DNA of 64,000 nucleotides from the human T2T-CHM13v2.0 reference genome, Homo sapiens. Positions 38,325 to 50,972 of this stretch are shown piece by piece (within the stretch, counting starts at the first letter, position 1; each line of letters opens with the position of its first letter). The stretch lies in NCBI RefSeq assembly GCF_009914755.1, contig NC_060929.1, one strand, 5' to 3'. Below the pieces are notes generated by a model, which searched no databases, was not told where the DNA came from, and worked only from the letters and a program-made list of their open reading frames with translations. The position numbers and the translations under genes are program-made.

Positions 38325-41300
38325 CTGGGAGGGGCCAAAGAGGGGACGTCAGCGTCACCCGAGTTCCACGCACAGCCCCAGGTTGTGGGTAGTGGGGGTG
38401 GGAGACAGAGATGGGGGAATGAGTTGGGGGCTGTTAGGGGTCAAGTAACAGACACGGCATCGCCTTTGCTATATGGCCACCTTGCTGGTGCCTTCCCTGT
38501 CCCCAGCCTTACTGCCTCCTTCCCATGGATCTTTGTTATTCATCACCATCCTCAGGAAGACCAGACTCAAGATCTGTGGGCCCTTATGCTTTTGGGGGTC
38601 ACAGACGTTTTTGAGAAGCTGATGAAAGTTATGAATGTTCTCCTCGGGGAAGTGCTCCTTGGTGCAGGTGTACAGTCTACGATTTTAGGGGGTCTACCTG
38701 CTTCACAACTCCTATCATTCATGGACCCTCTAAATGTTCATGAAAATCCAAATGACAAGATTTTGATGATGCTTTGACGGGGGCTATGCCAGGGGTAGGG
38801 GTAAATTATGGGAAGGGGTTGCAAACTTAGGGGCCTTTATTACCCCAGCAGGTAATAAAACGAGTACAGGCCAAGTACATGGCAATAAATGACCATCGAC
38901 GCCTGGCTGTAAGATTGGGAAGACAACGAGGGTTGGGAACCTGGGGAATTGGAGCCCCAGCCTTAATGCTTGGAAATTTGGCTCAGGGTTGCCTGATGTT
39001 GCTTTTTTGTTGTTTTTTAAAAAGAGAATCCATATAAACAATATTGGTAATAAATTCCAATTTAAAATGCCGCGAGGACGAGCAAATTGTATCTGAGGGT
39101 CAGATTTGGCCTCTGTTTTTCAGAGCACATTCTACATAACTATAGTGAAAGGCACGTTCTGATGAGCTAAAAGTTGGAGCTGAGATTTGCTTTTTTGAAA
39201 AGCAAATCTCCCGAAGTTGCACAGTAATGGTAATGGGACCAACAACGTGGTGTCTCTGAGAAATGCCTCGGCGAGTTGCCTCAATGATCACAAATGATCC
39301 CTGGGCACTGGGGCAAACCTCTGTGAGACCTTGAATCATGCTGGTTGGAACTGAAGGAGCTCTGGTTCTCCCATCAGACATAAGCTTATTGATGGGGCCA
39401 GGTTTTCTTCATCCTTTCACACTCAACATTTCACTAGCACAATGCGAGACACAAAACAAGAGATGGGTCCACATTTGTCCAATGCACGAGTGGGGTGTCA
39501 TGAGCACCTGAGTGTCCTGTACATGAGTATTGGGAAGTGTTTCAGAGAATGTGAACATTATTTGTTTGCTCCACTAGGTGAGGCAACTTGGTGATCTTAT
39601 TTGCATTTAGGAGCATTAGCTTTTCATGGGTTTTAGCAGAAGGGAGCACAGGCTCGTTCAGGCCTTGGCAACTTACTAGTCTCAGTCTCTCTCCATGTAA
39701 AATGGGAATCAAATAACTGCCCTTATCTTCCAGGGGCTGTTGTGCAGATGAAAGTAACATTAAGGAGGTGGAGAGCCTCAGGAGTGGTATGCATGCTTGT
39801 GACTCTAGCAACTGCTTTTTTTCTACAACCTGGCAGAACATTTGGCAGCTCAGAGGCTGTGAAAATATGAATGTAGCTAGCAGTAACAGTGGCCATTTAC
39901 TGAACATATACTGAGCCGGGCACTATTCTTTCCATTTCAAATGAATGATCTCATTTAATCCTTGCAACACTCTGAGGTTAGGATAACTCTATTTTATAGA
40001 CGAGGAAACTGAGGCCCACAGGTCACTCAGTCTGCGCAGGCTGCTGTCTGGTTCCATGTGGTTAACATGTTTTGCTGCAGACTTGCTTCTCCCCAAAGGT
40101 TTTCCCAGGTCCCTGTAGGAATGATCATCTAGCCAGATTTGGTGCAGGTGGATTGAATGGGGTATTTTTCCATAGTGGGCTATGGTGGTGAAGGACGCAG
40201 ATCTCTCCCACCCTCTTAGTTTTGCATGCCTTCTGTGATTTCCTTGTGGTAATTCCTGATCGAGAATGAACTTGGTGGGTCTCTAATTCTGATGTGACAC
40301 TACCTACCTAAGACAGGGAGTCAGAAGCCTGGTCCTGTCCTCCTTTCCTTCTCTGCTCTCTCTCCATTTCCGCTCCTCCATCTCCCCTTCTACCGCTAGG
40401 CTTGTGTGAGCAAACTCCGTGCACGTATCCCCACAGTTATTCGAGTGGCTTCCTGGTTCATTGTATTATGCAAATCTCCTGCCCTTGGCTTGCCAGCTTC
40501 GTCCCTTTTGGTAACTCTGACCTGCACCATTTTCTTCCAGACCCATCAGCGTGCCGAGTCCTGGGCGAATTTCATTTTGCAAACCCTGTCAGATGACTAC
40601 CTTCTCTTGTTCTCCGCACCAGTGGATCCACAGAGTGATGGCACGAAGGGGCATTGCACACACATACAGAGATTTTTCCTTCACAATGTGTCTATAATGG
40701 GATCCTTGCAAAGCGAAGGAACCCTGACTGCTGATCAAAGGCAGAAAGACAGGAGGAAGAACAGTTTGCTCTTCAAGGCGATGAGCCTGAAGGCGTGCAC
40801 CGGCTGGGCTGTGGCTGGGGACAGCCGCCTATTAAATGCATTTTCATTTTAATCAAGGTGAGAGCAGCCTGTAGTTAGCAGGAATCGCTCTCAGTAGTAT
40901 AGTTAGATTATAACTGGTGGACCTCTGCAATGGAGCCGCTGACCCATTTTAATGAAATGATTTTGCAATTAGATTCGATGGACTAATGTGTTCTTTCCAG
41001 CATTTTTCCCCCTGCTGTTTTTGTTATTGCCCTGGTTTGTAATAACAAGGGGGTCGGAATGTGATATTTTATACGAGTGGGAGCCAGAAATGTTAATAAC
41101 GGCGTATGTACATAACCGAAAAAGTTCGTTCCCCAGTCAGAGCCAGCCCGAAATGCCATCTCCATCACTTCATATTTCATTACCGAAACTACTCAGGGTT
41201 TCTCAGAGCCATTTGTTATGCCTAATGCTCATAACTACCCCAAAGTATTTTTAACTTTTCCAGAGCTTTAAAAGTCAATTTCAATCTCAGTGCATATTTG

Positions 41301-43780
41301 TCACTGCCAGAAATACTTAGTAATAGAGGACCGACTGCAATAGGCTGTTGCTTCTTCTCTTTGGGGTGAGTTCAGACAGAAGAGATCCCAGAGGATTTGA
41401 AGAAGGGCCATAAAACTCAACCTCGGCTGAAACCAGCCTTGGAAGAGCTGATGTCATCTGGCATCTTGCCTGCTCCTGCCCCTGGAGCCCTCCTCCCCTT
41501 TCGCGGGCAGCTCAGAACAACGACACTTGGTACGTGATCACAGACAAGCTTTAATAGACGGGGGGGTGGGGGTAGGAGGTGGAAATTACAGCAACACAAT
41601 TTTATTATACATCCCTGTCCTACAGCCACTTCCCAGGAGGAACACTTGTCACATTTGGATGACCAGGGGTGTGGGACAGGTAGGGAGCCAAGCTCCCATG
41701 TTTGAATGGACTTGGCTGGGTTGGGATCAGAGGCCAGCACCAGGTCCAGGATGGCTGCTGCCATCAACGGTATGCATTTTGTATCATCCTTTGGGCAGCC
41801 AGTTTGCTGACTGGGAGTCATAAATTCATTGTTATCTGATCATCATGGACTTGCTAACTCATGTTTCCAGAGCTCTCCTCCCCTATTCCCAATATCCCTA
41901 AGATGAGTGGAATAAAAGAAAGGAGGAAAGAAGCAGAAAGAGGAATTGGGGGGAGCGTAAGTCCTGTCAGGCCTCATCAGCTTGAAAAGACAGTGATGTG
42001 AATAAGCAAAGGGTCATAAGTGATGAATGACTAAGGAGAACACTGCCAGGCACACAGACATCCACTCATGGGCAAGGCTGGGGGACCAGCTGCCAGTGGC
42101 TGGAAGATGCCAACTGTTTTACTAGGAGTTTGGTCACCAGTTGGGCAGGGAGCCGTCCTAGTAAGCTATCCCCTTTGGAGTCTATTATGAGTGCAGCCAT
42201 CTGCCTGAAAACAGAGGGAAATACCCATGGTCTGAGGCTGGCACTGCCTCATCACAGCCTGTGGCTGCGGGGCCAGTAAAGCACTGATGGAAGGGCACCA
42301 TTATGGACCCACTCCCAGAGGCCTGGTCCCTGCCATGTTAGGGGCAGTGCCGAGGGCCTCAGAATGCCCCTCTCTGTAAGGTGGGAAAGGGAACTTCTCC
42401 AGGCTCGAGGATTTGCTCTGTGTTAAATGGGATCTTTGTATGTCCATGCTGGAGAGGAACAGCCATTTGAATAATGCTTTCTCTCTTACTCAAGTTCTTT
42501 CTACTAACAGATGAAAGTCTGAAAGGGAGAGTTTAAGCAAATTTCAAGTCCCTATCAAATCACAGTTTTTAAATGTTCTAATTCAAGGCAATGGGGTTGT
42601 CCACAGCTGGGAAGGTGGGTATTACAGCAGTACAGTGCAGCCATTCTGGAATCAGATGACCCTGGGTAAGTTAGCTAACCTCTCTGAGCCTCAATATCCT
42701 CATCTGTAAAGTGGGACTTTAGATTTTGTGAACATTAAACAAGGTAATGATGTGAAAACAGTTCACTGCCTGGCCTATAGCAAGCACTCAATGTATGTTA
42801 AAAAACTACTAAGCAATGGTTGGGCTCCTGGTTCTGAGGGGTAACCTCAGATAGACGAGGTAATAAGAGTCACACCTCATGATGGGGGCCCAGGGCTCAG
42901 CTTCTAGTTCTGAGCTAGGCTAAAGTTCCCACCTTAGCTCTCTCTTGCAGAATAGGACAAAGACTCCAGGACAGGAATGAACAACACAGTCTTCTGGTTA
43001 CACTGGGTCTAGGATTTATCAAGGAACAAGCAAAATAAGAGGTACCAAGATCCCTCTCTTTATTATCAGAGATAGCAGGTTTCCACGTCCACACACACTC
43101 CCCTCCCCTGAAACAGAATTAGCACCAGGTGAGGAGCCCAGCACCTCCACGTTAACTGTGCTTTGCAGGTCAAGGAAACAGACTGGACTTTAGGTTTCAT
43201 GGGGTTCAGGGACTGTGTTTTCATAAAGTATGGGAATGAGGTTCAGAAGGAACCTTGGGTTAAACCCAAAGTCTCAGACTCACATGAGTTTCACCCATTC
43301 TCATGCTGACGTTCATTTCAAATAAAGTGAATACCAATAAAGGTGGTGGTGGGAGGGGTCGGGGGTCACAAGCAGTAGGAATTCCCCTTTGGGTTAGCTG
43401 CCACTTGGAAAAATGACCTTGGGTTGGGACTCTCCCATGAAACCATGGGGCGTATGCCTTGGGTATACTTGTTCCCTTCCAGTGGAAGAAGAGACACAGT
43501 AGTTTCTGAGCTTGAACCTAGTTATTACTCCTTGTCTGACATCCAGACTAGATTTGGGGGAGGGTGACTCCATTTTGGGAAAGAGATGTGGATACAGATC
43601 TCTTTCCCCAGGGTGCTTCTCCAGACCCATTTCCCTCTGTATCTGCATCCTTTGAGACTCCTACCCTCCTGCCTTTGGTGAGTTGAGACTGGGAGAGGTG
43701 GGTCTGGCAGGTGGTGGGCTGCGGTGCTCCAGAGCAGAGGAGAGGTGTCCAGCGGTGGTGGCGGCGGTGGCGGGCCATGC

Positions 43781-43890
43781 TGCAGGAGAGCACGGTGCTT
43801 TCCGCGGTGCTTGACAGAACCATGTTCCGTTTCCATCGTTCCACCACATGGTTAGATCAAGCACAAAGGAAAGCCCCGCAGCGACTGGTC
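43781..43890 (-). ncRNA. MIR218-2: pre-miR-218-2 hairpin; miR-218-5p at 43846-43866 (UUGUGCUUGAUCUAACCAUGU), 3p arm at 43803-43824
   Basis: Minus strand GACCAGTCGCTGCGGGGCTTTCCTTTGTGCTTGATCTAACCATGTGGTGG...CATGGTTCTGTCAAGCACCGCGGAAAGCACCG folds into a stem-loop and contains the known mature miR-218 sequence; miR-218-2 is known to lie in SLIT3 intron 14. Confidence 0.98.
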
Positions 43891-46800
43891 AGAGTCAAGG
43901 TCAGGAAGCAGCGTCAGAGAGAGGACAGGAGCGCTCAGAGGAAGCAGCGTGGAGAAGCGGAAGCCGGAGCAGGCCCCCACTGAGCGTGATTAGTATCAGG
44001 AGTGGGGTTCCACTGGAACACTTCCGAAGATTGCAGCCCTGCTGCCCTTGTGCCCCACCCCAGGGGAGACACAGTAGGAAGGGAGAAGAACGGGAGGGAA
44101 ATCACTGGATGCCCATACTCGGGAGCTTCAGGACAGCATGGTTCCTTCCCAAGGAAAGAAAGAACACTCAGACATCTGTGATCCTATCACATGCCTGAAT
44201 TGAGCCTCTAAACTCCATTCAGTCACACCAGTTGGTCTGACAAGACATTAAACTTAGAAAAGCATCTTCTGCATGCTTTGCAACATAGGCCCAATCCCCC
44301 CAACAGCTGAGTGGTTCCATCACAGTCATTCCTCTAGCCCCTTAAGTCAAGAGACAATCCACAGTTCCCAGTGGTCTAGCAAACCTTCAATGCTGTTCTT
44401 TAGGAAAAAGCCCCCTTTGACATTCCACAATTCAGGAGTCTCCTTTATATCCTTTGAGGTCAGCAGGAATGCTCTGGCTGATAGACACTCATCCCAGATC
44501 ATTTGAGGTTTAATAGAGGAGCAGTGGGGTGTCAAAAGAAAATATATCTCTCTAGCCAGAGAGAAAGACAGGAAAACAAATGGGGCCGTAGGGTTTGGAC
44601 TGAGGAACCTGCAATCATAGTTGTTGTTTGAGAACACTGACTTTCACAGAGATGGTGGCCAGTGCGCCTCCTGATGAAGGGCCTCTTTGAGACTAAGAGA
44701 AGGAAGGAAAGGGAAGCCAAGTGATGAGTCTGAGGGGAAGACACTGAATTCTGGGGTCCTTCTTGATTTCTTGTTCTCTTCCTTAGCTGGAAATTATGGG
44801 AGCGAACAGGATGAACCAATAACCACTGTCAGGATGCCAAAGGCCCAGGTGAGGGTACCCAGTTTTTATATTCCTCTCTGTGATAGATCAGGGTCAGTTT
44901 CCATGAACCTGCTGACTTGGGACTTCCTCCCACTTGGCATTAGGCTGGAGATGTGCATCTTGAAGAAACTGGAGCTAAGGCTAAGTGACTGAGACCCTCC
45001 CTGCCTGACCTCTGACATGAGAACCAGTATCAACATTCTTCCACTATGTGTTTTTGGGACTGGGCATATCCTCTAGATGGTCTCAGCATCTCAACGGTGC
45101 ATAGGTTGTCTGCCATGTTGGACCAGTTAGGAAGAGCCAGCCCACAGCTCTGGGTCTGTCTGGCCTCTCCTCCTTCCTAAGGTCTCTCATCACACGCACT
45201 AGAGTCAGCCACTAGAATCTGGACTCCACTCTGCTTTGACACCTATGCAGGGCTCTGTGAACACTGTGGTTCTGGGACTTCAAATGTGAGTTTGATTAGG
45301 ACCCTGGTACAAGAGCAGGGGAAATCCATCCTGTTCGTGCAAACCGCCACCCTCACCAAGCCTTAAAATCTAATTTTCTTTCTCTTTGGTTTCTTCCTAC
45401 AAAAAGAAATGGAGGGATTTGTAGGTAAATTATCAAGAGTCTTCACAGTATGTCAGAAGTCCTGGGTTTCAGATCTTGCCCTAAAAATAATACTCAATAC
45501 CTTAGATAAGATTTTTCTGCTGTGTGGACCTCAATTTATCCATCTCTAGAATAAACTGGATGACCTCTAAGGTTTCTAAAAGTTCTGTAATTCCTTGAGA
45601 GCTATCTTGCTGTTCGCCGTCTTTGGACACTTTGCGTCACCACCCTCTGTACTTTTCAGCAAGAGAGTTTCTTCTCACACAAAGCGGGGAGGCATGAAGG
45701 AAGACAGACAGCACCCTGCAACTGCCAAGTGCTCCCAGGGATGGGCTTGGGGTCCCAGGCAGCCAGACGGAGCCTTTTCAGGAGGACTTAATCTGATGGT
45801 CAGATTACCCCAGCCGGCAGCATCCAACCCTAAACTGATCTTGCTGCCCAAGGCGGCGGATGCAGCTGATAGAGAGAGGCAGACACAGGCAGCTGGGAAA
45901 CCAGACGCCCTGCCTAAGGAGGGGCAGGATGTGTTACGGAGCAGCCCTCAAATTGCCTCCTAATTACATCAGCTGTCTTTTCAATGGGGGTGCTTTTAGG
46001 AAAAAGTAAAACGCAGAGTTATTATCTGTCACATCCAGTCTGTGTCACCTGCCCCCCTTCTTTCTTCTGGAGCTTCCTGGAAACACAGAGCTTTACATCT
46101 ATGGTTTTTCTTTCCCTCCAAGGCCAAGGCAGGTCTGGAACCCCATGTTTCTCAAAGCCAAGGCCTTTGGAGCTCAGCAGTCATGCTTTCTTTGCAATGA
46201 CATAAAATAAAAGCAAATAGAGTGCTACGTGTCAGTCTCATGCTAGCTCCAAACATCTCTACTTTTTAGGAATAATCTTTCGCTTAGCATTGTTTTTTTT
46301 TTTAAAAAAGGTATCTTAGAGTCAATCCAAGAACCTGGCTCCTTCTCCCTGTTTCTTTTTTAAAATGTTCAGCTTCCCCTCCCCCACATAGGAAAAGCAG
46401 CCAGGATCCTGCAGATCTACAGGTAGGACGATAGTGGCAGAGCTAGAGTTAGAACTAAGCTCTACTGCTTCCTAGGTCCACTTTCCATTTTCCTTTTCTC
46501 CTACTTAGTTCTTTCTATAGCCCCACCCCCACCTTGCCACCCCCAACCACAGTCATGCCCAGAAAATTGCCAAGACTGTGTTCCTGGGGAGATACCAGTC
46601 CTTGGATCCTGCACTCTTTCCCTGCTGTGCCACGCAGGGCCGCCACATCCATTTGGGGTCCAAAGTACTAACAGGATACTTATGAGACCAAAGGGTCAAG
46701 GTTGGCAGATAATACCCTGCCCTCCTCTGGCTCTCACTGTCCTTCTTTTTGGGTACCACTGTTTGGCAGAGCTAATTAACTCAGCCCTGGCCAGACAGGG

Positions 46801-48206
46801 GTAGGAATAGAGGCCAAGGTTGGCGTGAGTCATGAGGAAAGGTGCTGGGGATAGGACGATTGTGCTTTGGGTGAGATTTTCTTTCCAGAGATGTTGCCAG
46901 GCCCAGGAAGGAACCTGAGGACAGTGTTCAGGGAGCGGGTAGGGGTGGGAGCATGAGACCAGGGAAGGAGGTCATCCAAGCAGCTGATTGTCATCCCCAA
47001 ATATTCCTTCTCTCCCAGATGCTGTGTGGTGTGAGGACCAAAATGAACCTGAGGTTTAGTCCTGCCTCCGCTGTTTGCTGGCTTGTGAACTTGGAGTGCC
47101 CCTTCACCTCTAAGTCCTCAGTTCCCTCTCCTATAGAGCAAAGGGCTCTCCTACTGACTTCCCAGGACCATTGGAAGAAGCAAATCAGACTAGAAGCCTC
47201 CAGTACCACGCTCATCGCAGGTGAAAGATGGCTGTTGTAACTGACATCATTATTCTAGGGAAGGGAAGTCGGTACCAACTTTTCACAGTGCCACAAAGTC
47301 TCTGTATTATCTCCAAGCCCTCCCAAGGTATTAGTTTCTGTTAAAAAAATTTAAAGAGCTAAAGCTTATCATTCTGGAGACATGGACTAAAGAATTTGAC
47401 TTAAAGGACAAGAAGATGTTGTAAGAAGCACAAGTCTGCCTGGGAGTAACCTCTCCCCACGCTGGCATTCTCCCCGGGAAGACTCGCCTGCATCAGAAGC
47501 TCCTGGGCAAGGGGAGAAGCACTGCTCTTGCTGCTGCACACACCGTGAGGGTTGGCTGCAACCCGCCTGGGCACTTCATGCTATCAGTCTTTCACCATTG
47601 GGGGCACAATGCAGTTTGGTGATTTTTTTTCCAGTAGAAAAGAACACAAATGATAGTAATTTTTAACTGCCTGTTCATGTAGCTGTCGGGTCAAGGAGAG
47701 CTACTTCTCTTTCCAAGATAGGCTGAGAATTCCCCTGCTGTTTTCCCCCATGTCCTTCCTGGGTGCAGTGAGAAGGAAGCTTTCTAGAGAGATCCTGGGC
47801 ACAGAAGAACGAGGCTTTGTTTCTTCCCAAGCACGACTCTTTACTGTTCTCTCCGTACTCAGAACACAGTAATCAGGGATGGAGGAGCTAAGCTAGTGAA
47901 AGTGTTTTTCGTGAACATGTGGAACCTATAACATACTGTGGTCAAAGGGCTGTACCATGGTCTGTCTCCGAAGGGAGTGGGAGGTCCCCAAGATTACACA
48001 CCGTCTGTAGCCTCGCCTGAGCTATATGTATTTCTCTACTTGCCCTTTGGGGAGCACACTTTGGAAACGAAAAATATAAATCTTAGCCTGTAACAGGCAC
48101 ATGTGCAAAGGCCGCCCCAGCCCCACCTTCTCCTTAGCTCTTGGAGACACGCTGCTGCCTGGGTCCTGTCTCCCCTGCAACCGTCTCCTCCTCCCCATGC
48201 TTTTAT

Positions 48207-48230
48207 TGTGTGTGTGTGTGTGTGTGTGTG
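48207..48230. repeat. (TG)n microsatellite
   Basis: Direct reading. Confidence 0.95.
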
Positions 48231-48416
48231 TTTTATTTTAAATCCATAAGGTAACTGGTTTTCTGCAGGGCTAACTGAATTTCCCCAATTTAATTTGCAA
48301 AGATGCTCCCCAGGAGCCATTACAGTGCTCGCTGTCCTCCAGATTGGATTATTGGCCTCTCTGGGGCTGCTGCATTCTGAGTCAGAAAGCGGGGCCCAGC
48401 CCCGTAACCTGATTAC

Positions 48417-48580
48417 CTGAGCAGCGGAACTTCTTGCTCTTGATCTGGCTGATGCGCTTGTTGGCGAGTCGGCGCGGGCTGCTGCAGCGGGCCCCGCTTG
48501 TCTCGATGGGGTTGTCCTGGAGGTAGTCGGCCAGCCACTTCAAGTGGCAGTCGCACACAAATGGGTTTTGGGCTAAGTGG
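48417..48580 (-). CDS. SLIT3: SLIT3 exon 14 (164 nt, LRR-CT of D2: [54 protein letters not shown])
   Basis: ctcgcag|CCACTTAGCC...TGCTCAG|gtaatc; NPFxCDC LRRCT motif; phase 2-1. Confidence 0.96.
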
Positions 48581-49870
48581 CTGCGAGAGGGATGGGGCCG
48601 TTAATCAGGAGTGACCCACGGCGTCTTGCTCCACCACCACCACCCTGCCTCGCGCTGGGCCCTGGCAATCCACTGCAAGGACTGGCCTCCTGCCTCATCG
48701 CCCCAGGAAGCCTTAGGGGGTGCTACTTTCAGACAGGGCTCAAAGAGGGGGTCTGAGGCCTGCTGTCTGCAAAAGACAGTCACAGATGCAGCTAGCATCT
48801 GGTCTGGGGAATCGGTCTCCCAGCTCTTCCCACTTGGGGCAAGACCCACCACCGATTGCTTCTACTCTCACCCACGCCAATTCTGACAGACAAACCCAGT
48901 CATGGTTTGCACTTGGGGTAGAATGCATTTTATTTCTCTAAGCTCAGTGACACTAGGCACATAAAGCAGCTGGCACGGCGCCTGGCATATGGTGGGTGTT
49001 CCATATATAGTAGCGGGTATTGTTGTAATTATCCTTATCATCATAAGAGCACCATGGGTCTTGCTTCCCCTGCCTCAGTAAGAAAAACTGTGAAGCACCG
49101 AACACAGTGTTTGGCACGTGGTCGGCGTCAATATATAGCAGCTGCTCCTACTGTGTCTTGGTTCCTGTCTCTGGCTACAGAGGCAACAAGCACCAGATGA
49201 CTTACAGGGTCTCCAGAAGCCCCGAGGCTAATTGCAGACCTGGGCATGGGGCTGAGGTCTATGCCTGAGACTGGAGCCATCAAAAAATGGGCTGAAATCT
49301 GTACTTGGAGGTCATCTATTTAAGTGAAATATTTATGAATACCTGTAGTGCATGGAAGTGAGGATATACTTCCCATAGAGGAAGAGTGCCCACCTCAGAT
49401 GCTTGGTTTTGCAGGGTGGAGGGGGTTAAGCGGGGGCAGGAGTGGGCTATCTGCAGAAATGGAGTCTGCTCAGAATACAGTGACCACAGGGGTTATGAGG
49501 GTAGCTCAGGACCTCCTCTGCCTGGATTCAAAACCTGCTCCTTACTAGCTGTGTGACCCTGAGGAAGTTACCTAACCATTCTATGCCTTGGTTTCCTTAT
49601 GTAGAAAGAAGAGATAGTAACAGCACCAAGTAGGGTCACTGTGAGGCTTAAGGGTTTTAAGACAGGGTAAGTACTCCATGTGGTGTCAAGCACAGTGTAA
49701 GTGCTTGGTACTGATAAGCTATTCCGATTTTTATTATTCTAGCTTCCCTGCAGGCTCTAGAACTCCTCCTGGATGTGCTCGTGCTGCCCTCATTTGGGTG
49801 TTTTTCATGATGGGCATTTGGGGTCTCCTGCTGCTTGGGCACCCACTGGCACCCGAGGCAGTGTACTCAC

Positions 49871-50014
49871 AGTGTCTGGATGGACTGCAGAGGGGCGAAG
49901 AGCCCCTTGCTGATGGTCTGCAGCTTGTTGTCATACAGGGAGAGCAAGTTGAGGTTCTGCAGGTCCTGAAACGTGTTCACCCGCAGGCAGTTGATCTTGT
50001 TGGCATTGAGGAGG
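49871..50014 (-). CDS. SLIT3: SLIT3 exon 13 (144 nt, two LRRs: [47 protein letters not shown])
   Basis: tttgcag|CCTCCTCAATGCC...CAGACACT|gtgagt; phase 2-2. Confidence 0.96.
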
Positions 50015-50601
50015 CTGCAAACAGAAGAGAGCCTGGTTGATTCACTAATCCTGGTAATTACCTGCGGGGCAAGGGTTGCACCTGCAGGGGATGGGCTGCA
50101 AAGCTCCCATCACTCATCCTTGCAGCCTTGAGCTCCTGCTGCAGAACAGAAAAAGAGAGAGACCTGCCTTCCTGTGTCTACCGAAACCCCAAACACTTCT
50201 GGGCACCTGCACACACTGTCACTACAGACACTATGCCATACACTGCTCTCACTTGGCACCTTCTCTTGCACCCATGGCCTTGAAGGAAGACCTGAAAAGG
50301 CACCCTAAGTGCTTCACTTTCTGTTTTAGGATTCAGAGCTTCCAGGAATTGGAAAGGAAAAAAAATCATTTGGCATAATTGTTTTAGAGCTTTAGTTGAC
50401 TGACTACGGGCAATTTGATTCAGAAAATTCCTTACAGTTCTTTTGGATCACTGATCCTACTGGAAATCTGATGAAAGTTATATGTCATCCTCCTGGAAAA
50501 ACTGCATCTATGTGTAGGCAGGCACATGTGCATACATATGGATTCTCTGTCATACACACATGTGCACACCCACAGAGAGCACAGAGCCCCATGTGGTTTG
50601 A

Positions 50602-50972
<371 letters not shown>

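Noticed and set aside
43394-44198. ORFs overlapping miR-218-2 as a possible miPEP
   Set aside because: GC-rich stop-poor sequence, several with non-ATG starts, no recognisable homology or other support.
38325-48416. SLIT3 counterpart of the SLIT2 24-nt micro-exon (AKEQYFIP); best lookalike IKYHIP near 41055-41072
   Set aside because: No flanking AG/GT in a compatible phase, and the similarity is weak.
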